The notes under the pieces: model-generated
The model's input: only the letters and a program-made list of their open reading frames with translations
The model's database searches: none
Told to the model about the DNA's origin: nothing
From: Octopus sinensis
Taxonomy: Eukaryota
Length of the DNA stretch: 64,000 nt
Direction: 5' to 3'
NCBI RefSeq assembly: GCF_006345805.1
Contig: NC_043016.1
Location: forward strand, 24,428,001-24,492,000
Made by a program: the position numbers and the translations under genes
Shown: in pieces, positions 28,586 through 40,285 of the stretch
Numbering within the stretch: the stretch's first letter is position 1
How the letters are laid out: each line of letters starts with the position of its first letter

Positions 28586-28649
28586 CATCTCTACTGATGG
28601 CATCTGCTTGCTTTCTGCTTCCGAATGGTTAATAAGTTGTAGTACATTA
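28586..28649 (-). other. Candidate 64-nt alternative exon in B56 intron 1
   Basis: Acceptor agtctttttctccccttcag and donor ATG|gtaaat. Begins with TAA in the exon-1 frame; ends ATG CCA TCA GTA GAG ATG, in frame with exon 2. Confidence 0.45.
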
Positions 28650-29433
28650 CTGAAGGGGAGAAAAAGACTAATTACTTCCTACAAGCCAGGAAGACATACT
28701 ATGTAGTTAATACAAACATGATAATATTGCAAAAGGAAAAAATCAAATGATGTTTTGCTGATAAATTAACAAAAGAGAGAAAAGCTGACATCCTTTCGTA
28801 ATAGTACACATGGTTTTAATTCTAGCTGTGCAAGATAGACAGACAAGATTCAGTATAAGACGGTAGACATAGCAGGAAATATTTCCATGGACAATTCATA
28901 AGAACGTATACATATACACATACTCACTTTCTCACTCTCTCTTTCTTTCTTTCTCTCTCTCTCTCTCCCACACATACATATATGTAGTATATTATGCGTG
29001 TGCGTATGTGTGTTATAGCCGAGTTAGAACAAATAATCAGACTTTAAAACAAAAATGGTTGTACGAGAGCAAGAAATAGATATGGTCATTGGATGATCTA
29101 AATTGTGACTGGAATGGAAATACCGACAATGAAGTCCGAGAGACGATAATCTAAAGGAAAATGTTATAATAGAAATGGACACATTTTTTTCATCAGTTCG
29201 TCGATAATCAAATCAGTTTTTAATGTGTTTTGCACAGACACACAAATAAATAAATACAAGCAAAAATATATACATATATGTGTGTGTATGCCGTATACAC
29301 ATACATAAACAAAGATACACATACACACTACGTAGATACAATTCCAAACACATGAATAAACACGTACATTTATACATCTATATATATATACATACGTATA
29401 CAAACACACACGTACCTACATACATATATATAT

Positions 29434-29480
<47 letters not shown>

Positions 29481-29558
29481 GATGCTTGTTAAGTGAATAG
29501 AAATTTAAAATAACTATGAAACAAAACAAAATGAAAACAACAAATAATTCCGGCTTAC

Positions 29559-29585
29559 CTTTTCTTTTTTCGTTTTGTTAGGCAT
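29559..29585 (-). CDS. PPP2R5C/PPP2R5D: PP2A B56 (B') regulatory subunit, gamma/delta type, coding exon 1 (MPNKTKKEK)
   Basis: Minus strand reads ATG CCT AAC AAA ACG AAA AAA GAA AAG|gtaagc: A at -3, strong phase-0 donor. The 9-aa peptide matches, from memory, the N-termini of human PPP2R5C long isoform (MPNKNKKEK) and PPP2R5D (MPYKLKKEK). About 270 nt upstream lack an ATG, then promoter motifs follow. Confidence 0.82.
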
Positions 29586-29860
29586 AATGGTATTATCAGT
29601 GATGATTGAGAATACTCAAGACTGTCAAGTGATCTTTTTTTTTCTTTTTTTTTCAATGGAAAAAATATCTCGTTTTATGTAATTCTCAATGTATTATTCA
29701 CAATAAACAAAAAGTAAACACGATAAATAAAATGCAAGTGAAAAAAAAAAGTAGACAATTTTAATGTAAGACTATCCTCTTCCTGCTTTGTAAAGTATCT
29801 ATGGTTTGGAAGCAAGTAAAGAACTGCTATAGATACCAAGAGGTGGAGGGAAACATTACA
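29586..29860 (-). other. Probable 5' UTR of the B56 gene (TSS position approximate)
   Basis: Unique AT-rich sequence between the promoter motifs and the exon-1 ATG, with no upstream ATG over most of its length. Confidence 0.5.
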
Positions 29861-29869
29861 ATTAAAGAG

Positions 29870-30000
29870 TTTCACGATTGGTTACTACGTCACGGAAACA
29901 GTGTAAACGTCACTACTTTAAGCTTAAAATGTAATTTACATATACCTTATTTCATTGGATTATCAAATTGTTTACGTAACTATTTTACGTAAACGTCATC
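29870..30000 (-). promoter_or_regulatory. Proximal promoter of the B56 gene: CCAAT boxes plus CRE/ATF and PAR-bZIP sites
   Basis: ATTGG at 29877 and 29954 (CCAAT on the gene strand); ACGTCA at about 29887, 29907 and 29993; TTACGTAA palindromes at 29972-29979 and 29985-29992; locally high CpG density. Confidence 0.6.
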
Positions 30001-30304
30001 GTTTCGTTTCTGATCTGAGTTGATATGTTTTTAATAGAAACATTTAAATAATTTTTTTCTCATTAAAAAAAAAAATTAAATGACCACTTTCATCCTTTTT
30101 TTTTTTATTCTCTTGAGAGAAATAAAACAAAACAAACAGAAGCACAGACATAGTTGTGTGGGTGATTAATAAGTTCGCTTCGTAACCACGTGTTTCCGGG
30201 TTCGATCCCACTGCAGAGCACTTAGAGTCAATGTCTACTGCAGACCCTTCGGTTCACCAATAATCTTGTGATAAAAATTTTATATAAAGAAACCGCGTCT
30301 GACT

Positions 30305-30335
<31 letters not shown>

Positions 30336-30648
30336 CATATATATCATCATCATCTAATGTCTGTTCTCCATGCTGACATGGATTGAACTGTTTGACAGCT
30401 GAAGGGCAACCCTAACTCCATCTGTCTGTTTTGACATGTTTTCTATGGCTGGATGCCCTTCCTAATACCAACCACTTTGCAGAGTGTACTAGATGCTTTT
30501 TACATGACACTGGCAAGGGTGTTTTTACGAGGCACTGACATGGATCCTTTTACATGGCACTACCATGAGTACTTTTACATGGTACCAGCAGCTGCAAGCC
30601 AAGAAAACTAGGATCTCTTGGCTGAGAGAGGGATGTAGCAAACATGCA

Positions 30649-30889
30649 TGTATAGGGCACTCCCCATGGGCTGAAAACAGACAAACTGTAGGCAGGAACT
30701 TAACTGTGGTTTAGCTGGTGAGCTGGTCCACAGAGAAGGGACTTTTGGTTAGGTGGGACAGGAGTCTGGAGATTTAGATGGGCGATCATACTTACCAGCA
30801 CAGTGTGTAGCTGATTGAAGTGAAATAAACAATACACTGACATGCTCATATTCTAAATTACTTTCATGTATATCCTAACTAAGCCATAA
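30649..30889 (+). repeat. 5' LTR
   Basis: Starts TG; direct repeat of 34151-34304 (cccatgggctga...aaactgtag...gagaagggac...aagccata). Confidence 0.75.
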
Positions 30890-33800
30890 CTGCTGAACCC
30901 AAAGTAGAAAATGCAAACATGGCAAGTGATCACTGAAGTGCCTACAATTCTGGCCAAAGCAGGCCAAGGTATGGTTCACACAGGTTGAACCATACAATTC
31001 AACATATGGAAGATCACCTCAGCCCAGATGAAGTATTCTTATGTAACAGCAGCACTGCATGAGGACACAGTAACAACAATGCTAGTCATCCTAACCCAAC
31101 TGTTGGCTACTCACGAATACGCTACTTTGAAACAGAGACTCATGGAAACATTCCAGCTTAGTGACCAAGAAGCGGCAGCCAGGATACTAGATGCGGAAGA
31201 ATTAGGCAATTCTAAGCCTTATGAGCTCATGGATAGGATGCTGGCATTAGTGCCCTACCATCAGTGAGTCACTTTCATTTTGTTTAGGAAGTTATTCCTC
31301 TGTAACTTAGCACCCCAGGTCCAGGATCTCATTACTCAAACTGAGACCAAGGACCTGTGGCAGTTAGTGAAGGTGACTGCCAAGCAATTTTTGTCTGGCA
31401 GGGTTACAATCAGTGCCATAAAGTCAGCCCTAAGACATGGTAAAGTTAAACAAGATGATTTGTGTTTCTATTACATGAGGTTTGAGACAAAAGCTACCAA
31501 GTATAAGCAACCATGTAGCTTCAAATGTCCTTTGCCATCGGCAACTCCAAGGCCAGCCACCACTGAACCCTCTGGTGGCTGGCAAACACAATCAACTGCT
31601 CCTATACATCCACGATCTGAACTCCAAATGAAGATTCCTAATTGACACAGAAGCAGAAGTCAGCATGATCCCAGTATAGGCAAGGGACCTCTGTTATAGA
31701 AAGCAAGACCAACCTTTAACAGCCACCAATGGCTCCTCAGTTGAAACATAAGATCACTGCATTCTCTCTCTCCACATTGGCTCACTAGCATACATAATGG
31801 GTATTCACCTTCGCTGATGTCCATCAGTCCATTATTGATACAGATTTTCTTCAGGCACACTCACTATTGGTCGATCTTCAGGAGAGATAACTCGTCAACA
31901 GCAGCATGTTTGCTGCTATTTCTCTTACAACATCTGCACATTCTGCCCCTTGCATAGCAGCTGTCCCTCAGACTGAGAACGAATTCTCAAATCTTGTGGG
32001 CCCCTGCAAATCCCACTACCCTGACATTTTCCAAACCTTCAAACCATCATAGAATGAAGCACCATATCCTTCTACTGGCCCTCCAGTGCACAACTGCACT
32101 CATCGACAATCACCAGACAAACTTGCTATTGCAAAGGTTGAGTTTGACAATATGGAAGCTTTAGGCATTGTTCACTGATCAAGCAGTCCCTGGTCATCAT
32201 CCCTGCATGTGGCACCAAAACTTAATGGAGGTTGGTGGCCTTGCACAAATTATCACCATCTCAGTGCAAACATAACACCCAACCACTAGCCCATTGCGCA
32301 CATACAGAACTTCTCAACCCAGCTAGCTAGGTGCTCAGGTTTCTTAAAAGTCAATCTCATCTGAGGTTACTACCAAATACTGGTGCAAGACAATGATGTA
32401 CCTAAAACCACTGTGGTCACTGTTTTTGCACTGTATGAATTTCTATATACACCCTTTGGCCTGAGAAACACAGCACAATCCTTTCAATGCTTGATGGACA
32501 TCGTGTGCATGGGTCCCGATTTTGTCTTTGCATACCTAGATGACATTCTTATAGCAAGCCAAAGTGTGGAGCTACACAAAAAGCACCGAGTGACTCTTTT
32601 TGACAGACTGGAACAATATGTTTTGGTAATGAATCTCACCAAGTGTGTCTTTGGTGTTAAGGAAATTGACTTCCTTGGACATCAAATCACAAGTGCCAAT
32701 GTTACACCCCTGCCAGAGAATGTGAAATCTATCCTATCTTTTCCACACACCACCACAAGCAAGACTCTGCACCAATTTGTAGGTATGGTAAACATTTATC
32801 ATCATTTCATCTCCTCTGCAGCAACCATGACAAAACCCCTATGCAAAGCACTGTCAAAAGGGGTTTCAAAAAGATAGGTTGAGTGGGATAGTGCCTTCAA
32901 ATACACAAAAGAAGCTCTGGCTAAAGCAACCGTGTCAGTATGGACTACATTCACAGTTGATGCCTCCAACACATCTATTGGAGGCTTTTTGGAACCATAA
33001 TCAGCAGTCAGTGGTGGCTGCTCACCTTCTTCAATCAATGACTACAACCACTTGAATAGAAATACAGCACTTTTGACTGAACTACTTACTAACTGTCCAT
33101 CTAGGTGTCTGCCATTTTCACTATTTTCTTGAAGGTTGCACTTTCACAGTGTTCACAGACCTCAAACCACTCGCCTTCACTATAAGCAAGCTGTCAGAGC
33201 CATGATCTGCATGTCAGCAGTTATGGGCCATTTCTAAATGCACTATGGGTATTCAACACACAACTAGAAAAAGCAACCCAGTCACTGATACACTCTCTTG
33301 AACCCCTACTTAACCTGACCCCTACATAGCTTCAACAACAGAAGATCTGGATTATGAAGCTATGACTGCATGCAATCTAACAGATGCCTACTTTATGACC
33401 ATTACCTCCCATTCTTTGCAGGATGTTCACTTTGGATTCACCAGAACAACCCTACTTGGTAGTGTATCGACTGGGAAGCCATGACCAATCATCCCATTAG
33501 CCTGATGCCAGAAGGTCTTTGGTGTCATCCACAAGCTCTTCTACCAAATTCATCTGGCATGGTATGGTCAAGCAAATTGGGGAGTAGTCCTAAACTTGTA
33601 TCCCCTGACAACAAGCCAAAATCCATCAGCATATCCAAGCACCTCCCATCAGCTCTGAACTCCCATAGACTTGTTTCAGCCACATCAACATTGGCCTCAT
33701 TGGCCCCCTACCACCTTCATACTTACTGACTTTGGTGAACAGCTTCATTCATTGGCCTGAGGTTATATACCTCCACAGCATGGAAACAAAGAAATCAGCT

Positions 33801-34150
33801 GCACCTTCATCACAAACTTAATCACTTGTTTAAGTGTTCCAGACAGCATCTCATCCCTTTCAGTCACCCTATGATGGCTCAAATGAAGTGTTACATCCAG
33901 GAGACAAATCATTTCAACTCCTAATTGGCAGATGACAAGACACGGTTTCCATCAATTGATTGAAACCGGCCCATTTTGGTATTATCACCCCTGTCCAAGT
34001 TGCTCAACCACCAAACAAAGGTCACTTTAGGCAAGTCACACCAACCCCTGACAATGAACAGTTGCCAAAGAGCAGAGCAAACACATATACGGGCAGAGTG
34101 GTTAAAACACCTTCCCAGTTCCAATGACATCAACAATTCTGTGGGGAGCT

Positions 34151-34304
34151 TAATTTAGGGTACTACCCATGGGCTGATAACAAACAAACTGTAGAGAGGG
34201 ACTTCACTGTGGGCTAGCTAGTGGACTGGACTGCAGAGAAGGGACAATACAGCAACACACTTTCATTCCAGATTATTTTTATGTATAGCTTAGCAAAGCC
34301 ATAT
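34151..34304 (+). repeat. 3' LTR, about 85 bp shorter than the 5' LTR
   Basis: Follows the polypurine tract; homologous to the 5' LTR with the central block missing. Confidence 0.75.
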
Positions 34305-34766
34305 CTGTATGCATGGACAGCTACAATTTCACTTAGCTTGACATGTCTTCTCAAGTACAACACACTGTCAGAAGTCTCGGTCCCTTGTCATCTCCTCTGT
34401 GAGGCCCAACATCTGAAGATCCTTTCTCATTTCTTCCCCCTACATCTTCCTGAGTCTGCCCTTTTCACTGATACACTCCACAATTAGAGATCAGCACTCC
34501 TTGATGCAGGTGTCCTCATCCATATGCATCACATGACCATACCAACACAGTCTTCTCTCTTGCACACTACATCTGATGCCTTGTATACCCAGTTTTTCTC
34601 TCAAATCACTTACACTCTGTCGTACCCATCCAGCAGAGTATACTGGCTTCATTTCTTTCAAGCCTTCATATGTTCTCAGTGGTCACAGTCCATGTTTCAC
34701 TGCTATGTAGCATAGGTGTTTGTACACAGGCATCAAACAATCTGCCTCTCACCCTCAGGAAGAGGT

Positions 34767-34802
<36 letters not shown>

Positions 34803-34951
34803 ATGTCACCTATTTGTTACGTCATGCTTTGTATTAAATAATAATCTATAAATGTGGTCCAATCAATTTGTTTGTTAATCTGAGGTTTTCTTCATTTTCT
34901 GATTATTTGTATAAATATATATATATATTAATATATTTATATATATATATA

Positions 34952-35162
34952 TATCTGTAAATGTAATATGTGACAATTATTCGATAGCCATGATAAAACT
35001 CTGAGTTTTGGATGCCGAGGTGGAAATCCACTCCGCCATCTCTTCAGTTATCCGGCCATCAGAAAAATGAAGAGATGGCAGCGTGGATTTCCACCTTGGC
35101 ATCCGAAACTCAGAGTTTTATCATGGCTACTGAATAATTGTCACATATTACATTTACAGATA
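34952..35162. repeat. Long fold-back: 95-bp arms, 21-nt loop
   Basis: 34952-35046 is the near-perfect reverse complement of 35068-35162 (about 7 mismatches). Confidence 0.95.
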
Positions 35163-35374
35163 AATTCCTCTATTTACATAATATCGAGGTTTCTTTCTTT
35201 CTTTTGGCGTCTTACCGTTTTTATCAATATATATATATATATATTTACAGAGATGTACTTGCATAGCAAGTGATCTGTGGCATCTTACCGTTTTTATCAA
35301 TATATATATATATATATTTGCAGAAATGTACTTGCATAGCAAGTGACCTGATCTGAGACTGTGTGCTGAAATAA

Positions 35375-35590
35375 AAACAATTGCAGCATGGAATGTGTTT
35401 ATAAGCCATTTAAAAACACACAAAACCCGTTAGATTCACTACAGATGCAGTATGGAATTTTGTCAGTGATTAGGTTGTGGTCTCAAAGCAACGAAAATAT
35501 TTTGGCAAATTAAATTTAAATGTTGAAGTGAATCTAACGGTTTTTGTGTGTTTTAAATGGCTTATAAACACCTTCCACACTGCAATTGTT
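35375..35590. repeat. Inverted repeat: about 66-bp arms, about 86-bp spacer
   Basis: aaacaattgcagc...gttagattcact versus agtgaatctaac...tgcaattgttt. Confidence 0.9.
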
Positions 35591-35809
35591 TGTGTATATA
35601 TATATATATATAATAAGAACACAAATGGGTTAGGTTCACTATAAAAGTTTCAGGCACATTTTTTTATAGATGGAGTGTTCAATTACATCATGAAAAAAAA
35701 ATTGACTGAATTCAAAACACAATGATGACTGTGACATGAACTTTTTTGTTACCATTATTTCTGCCTTTGTTTCAATTAATTATTGACTGAAACACGTAAA
35801 AGAATAAAA

Positions 35810-35847
<38 letters not shown>

Positions 35848-35866
35848 TATGCATGTATGTATGTAT

Positions 35867-37103
35867 CTTGGATTATAAAAATGACATAAAGTACCAGATA
35901 TTTATTACATAACTCATATACATGAGTGCAACATATTTAAGATTTTACTATTTTTTATGGGTAATTGGTGTTGGTGACCCTCATAATGTCATGAACTCCA
36001 AAAGAAATTGCATATGTGGTCAAAGCATGCTTCACCCACCAAAAATCCATTGTTGCAGCCAAAAGAAAATTCCAACAATATTTTGGAATATGACGGGTAC
36101 CATCCTGAAAGGTGATCCCGAGTGTTGTTACAAACTTTCATGAGTTAGGTGATACTGAGAAGAAAAAATCCCCAGGTTGACCTCAAACATCTTGTAGTGC
36201 AGAGAACTGACAAAGTATGAGGTGCACTATGAATGAAGCCCCTTGAAGTCCATGCATCGATTGGCTCAGCAGTTGAATATTTCACAAACCAGTGTCAGTG
36301 TTATTTTAAAACAAGTCTTACACTTGTATCCACAGCTAGCACAACAATTGCTTCTGTCAGATAAGGTGCAAAGAAAAACTTGTAGTGATTGGTTTGTCAA
36401 TAAGTGCAGGGAGGAAGAGGATTTTATCCATCATTTGATCACATCAGATGAAGCTCATTTTAACCTTATTTTGGTGGGTTGTGAAAGTCCTCAAATCATG
36501 TATGAATGGCCTTTGCACATTGAGAGGGTTACAATGTGGCATGCAGTAACTTATGCATGTGTGACTGGTTCTTACTTTTTTGAGAATGAATATGGTGCAT
36601 TTTGTGGATGAACTACTGAGCACTATTTCCAAGTTACAAAGACTTGCCCTGAAACAGATGTGGATGCAACAAGATGGTTTCACTAGTCATACAGTGCAAA
36701 TGTCAATGACAACTCTTTGAGAACAATTCCCTAGATATCTCATTTCGAAATTTTGTGATATCCACTGGCCATCCAGATCACTGGATCTAAGTTCAATGGG
36801 CTACCTCTGTGGGGTTACCTCAATTATAGGGTATATGCAGGAAGGCCTCACGCAGCAGTGGAACTAAAATAAAGCATCTGTAGAGAGATTTCAGCCATTC
36901 CAGTAGATATGCTAAACCATGGTGTGCTTGATATGAGAAAGTGAACTCATGAATGTTCTCTTCATGGTGGTGGCCATCTCCTGGATGTAATATTCAAATC
37001 TTAGATAATATATTGAACTCCTGTATATCAGTTATGCAATAAATATATTTGGTACTCTACGTCATTTTTATATTCCAAGCTAGAAGCATTATAGCCCATC
37101 CTG
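35867..37103 (+). mobile_element. Tc1/mariner-superfamily DNA transposon relic
   Basis: Transposase pieces ITSDEAHF, QQDG-like and WPSRSLDL; inverted repeats 35867-35946 and 36996-37080; right end ...cccatcctg. Left outer end lost to a microsatellite. Confidence 0.88.
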
Positions 37104-37124
37104 TGTGTGTATGTATGTATGTAT

Positions 37125-37545
37125 TTCTTTTATTTCTTTTAATTGTTTCAGTCATTAGACTGCGGCCATGCTGGGGCACCACCTTGAAGAATTTTAGTCA
37201 AATGAATCAACCCAGTACTATTTTTTCAAAGCCAAGTACTTTTTCTGTTAGCCCCTCTTTGCTGGACCCTTAAGTTACATAAGCACATTGGTTGGTGAGC
37301 AGTGGTGTGTTACAGACGCAAAGACACTCCCCACAACACACACACACACACAAATATGTATTTTATATATATATATATGACAGGTTTCTTTCAGTTTCCT
37401 TCTACCAAATCCACTCACAAGGTTTTGTTCAGCTTTGGGGTTATAGTAGAAGACACTTGCTCAAAGTGCTAAGCAGTGGGACTGAACCTGGTACCATGAG
37501 GCTGGGAAGCAAACTTCTTACTACACAGCTGCACCTGTGTGCATA
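37125..37545 (-). mobile_element. CORE-type SINE family B copy
   Basis: Aligns to 44335-44760. Confidence 0.8.
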
Positions 37546-38871
37546 TGTACATGTATGCATAATATAAGTATGTATGCATGCATTTGTGTATGTTCTGCAA
37601 AAAACATGTCTGGCCATGGGAAAATGTTACTTAGCTTAGTAACAGTAGAAGGCTAGCAACAGCAAGGGCATCCCACAATAGATCTACCTCAGCACATTCT
37701 GTCTGACCCATGAAAGCATGGAAAAGTGGATGTTGAAACAACAATGACAACAATACATTTGCACACAATAGCAATGTCTTCCTGAAACTTGCACCTGCTG
37801 TTTAGTCAACAATACTTTTGGCATTCATTTTAGCAACACTGAAGAAGAAAGTTAAGTTGAGAATTAAATGTCAGATGCATAGAGATCATGGACACACAAG
37901 GTTTCTAAAAATCAGATGTTATTTGACTGAATATTGATTATAGCTTATGACTGGTACTTAATCTTCAGGAACAAATGATAAAGTTAACTCCAGTGGGGGA
38001 ATGAAAGACAAACTTAAATATCTAACAAAATTTAACCCAATACTTTTTATTTCAATAAATGTAAAATAGGACATCAAATGGGAGAGGAAAGAATCAGCCA
38101 TGATATTCATACTAGCATACTTTAAGCAAATCTATCAGTTTTAACAATGTGCCTCACTTATTGTAGATTCAGCAGCATAAGGATGTTCTTTGATTCTTCC
38201 ATTATCTTCAAGACTTTTTTAGCAAACTTGATATGTTTCTTGAATCAGGTGGCCTTTTTCTGGGTACAGTCTAAGATGTCAGTGTGTGGTCAACAACTGC
38301 ACTTCCACTCTGGGCTTCATTTCATCCGAGCTTTGTAAGGAATAAATAATTGTTAGGTGCTTAAGTAACTTCTGACCATCAAGAGAAGGGCCAATCATAG
38401 GCGTGCAGTCCCAACTACATCAAGGATGCCAGGAGAAATCCTTTGTAATACATTTGGAGGCTTTAGAGTCATGCAGCTTGTCATTAAATGGGGTATAGGG
38501 CAATGACGTATTCTTGGTGTGAGTAGTGTATATGCTTATCTCTATTATTAAACTTTGTGAAAGGAATTAAATTCCACAAGCAGATGTTACATTAAGCTTT
38601 CATTGAGAAGTAATTTATAAGCATATGAATGATACTACAATTAAACAATATTTTCATGATGTATTCATTATACCTGTAATCAAATTAATGAAATCTTTCA
38701 AGTGTAGATAAACTCTTTGTGCAACCATTTTTCTTTGTGCACTTTAATCCATGGAGGAGGGAAAATGATTATATACCTTTCTTGACCTTCCTGACTGATG
38801 AGATCAATGATTTAATTCTAGGTAGGAAGAATTTCATTTAATGCTTAGTGTGGTGTCTCCACTGGCACCCT

Positions 38872-39770
38872 AACAATTCCACACATAACAGTTCAGTGCA
38901 AGGACAATTCATCTCAAAGATAATTCAGCACAAGGAAGCAAACACAAGGACAATTCAGGAAAGTAATAATGAAAACAGGTTTTGAGTCGAAACAATTTAC
39001 TGAAATACTAAAAAAAAATGTCTTTATACAAATATTAAGATCAATTTACTTCTGTAGTTTAATTTGGAAACTTACATTTTGCAAGTATTCCAATTTATCA
39101 GCTCAATTTCTATAGTCATTAGCTAATGTCTTCATTGTTTTATGAGTTCTTTGATATTTTGAATGTTTGGAAACATCTTTGTGTCCAGCTCTGAGTTTTA
39201 ATATCCTTTTCTCTGTATGATCCTGCTCTAGTTTGAGAAACATGATAAACTTGTAAAAGGTTGGATGATTATGACCCAATGATACTTTAAGATTTCGGTG
39301 TCACCCTTCTAATGAATTGTTGGTCTTTGATAAACCTGGTCAAAAATACTCCAGAATTCTGCTTTTAAAACAGTATCTCTTCTACGACAGTGGAAGGGGC
39401 AACCACACCATGTATCTTCAGAATAATTTGTTAATTCTTCCAATTCCCAAGGCATTACATCTTGCAAAGATTCAAATACTCCACAAATATCATCATCTTG
39501 CACAAAAGCTAAGGCTACAAACATCTTACAGTAGTGACAAACATGTTCCTCCCTTATATAAAGCTGAGTAAGATTTAAATCCAGGGTTTTCTTCCATGGC
39601 TGAGGTGAAAGAAGTATCCACTTATTTGTATGCATTCAAAAACAGTTGTAAAGGCATTTTAGAAATTTAAAAAAAAAAAGAAAACTGAAATTAAATTTCA
39701 TATACACATAAACATGATGTGCTGAATTGTCAACACTGAATTGTCAGCTGAATTGTCATGCACAGAATAG
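38872..39770 (-). mobile_element. MULE (Mutator-like, Phantom-type) relic with tandem-structured inverted ends
   Basis: Minus-strand ALAFVQDDDI...NYSEDTW...WSIFDQ and HPTFYKFIMFLKLEQ-like C-terminus; GACAATTCAG units at 38872-38960, inverted at 39719-39770. Confidence 0.7.
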
Positions 39771-40285
39771 TTGGTTCACATACTCCACCACAAGTTCCTG
39801 TCATTGTGGTGGGATAAAGGCTTGCATGTCTCGGTGACCCTCAGAGTTATGCCAATGAGGTGCAAGCTCATGATAAGGCTCCCAATGCTACACAGGAGAG
39901 CAAAAGATAGAAACCAGGTTAATATGGATAACCTCTTCCCAAAGGGTAAAAATGGGCTTGCATAAAGCAAAACCAGGCAAGTTACAGGAGCATTGAAGAC
40001 AATTCAAAACCAATGTAACCTGAGTGAGGACAGCCTTCCTTCAGGGAAACATATGACAGGAAACCTCATCTGCATTACACATCAGCCCTGACTTGGAACC
40101 CTCATGGGAAGCAGAAGAGAGGAAGCCCTAAAAATAGTTGAAGGTCAGGTCATGGGGAAGAACTGAAAAAGCGGAGATCCAGCAGGAGAGACGCAGAAAA
40201 TGCAGTCCAGAGTTGAGAACTGGAGAAAGGTCATCGATAGCCTATGTTGAAAAGGGAGTGAAAGGGCTTACATAAGTTAGTATGA
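39770..40285 (+). mobile_element. Internally deleted RTE LINE (5'-UTR-like part joined to 3' end)
   Basis: 3' part translates SALTWNPHGKQKRGSPKNS...WRKVIDSLC, the usual RTE C-terminus; the 5' part has no RT coding. Confidence 0.6.

Larger units (their letters stand above)
30649..34304 (+). mobile_element. Degraded Gypsy LTR retrotransposon, CsRn1/Kabuki-like
   Basis: LTRs at 30649-30889 and 34151-34304; PBS-like actgctgaaccc; PPT gtggggag at 34141. gag (QFWPKQAKVWFTQVE; KYSYVTAAL...EELGNSKPYELMDRM; CFYYMRF...PC), protease (FLIDTEAEVSMIP), RT (PFGLRNTAQSFQ...AYLDDILIAS), RNase H (TVDASNTSIGG) and partial integrase; many stops and frameshifts. Confidence 0.92.
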
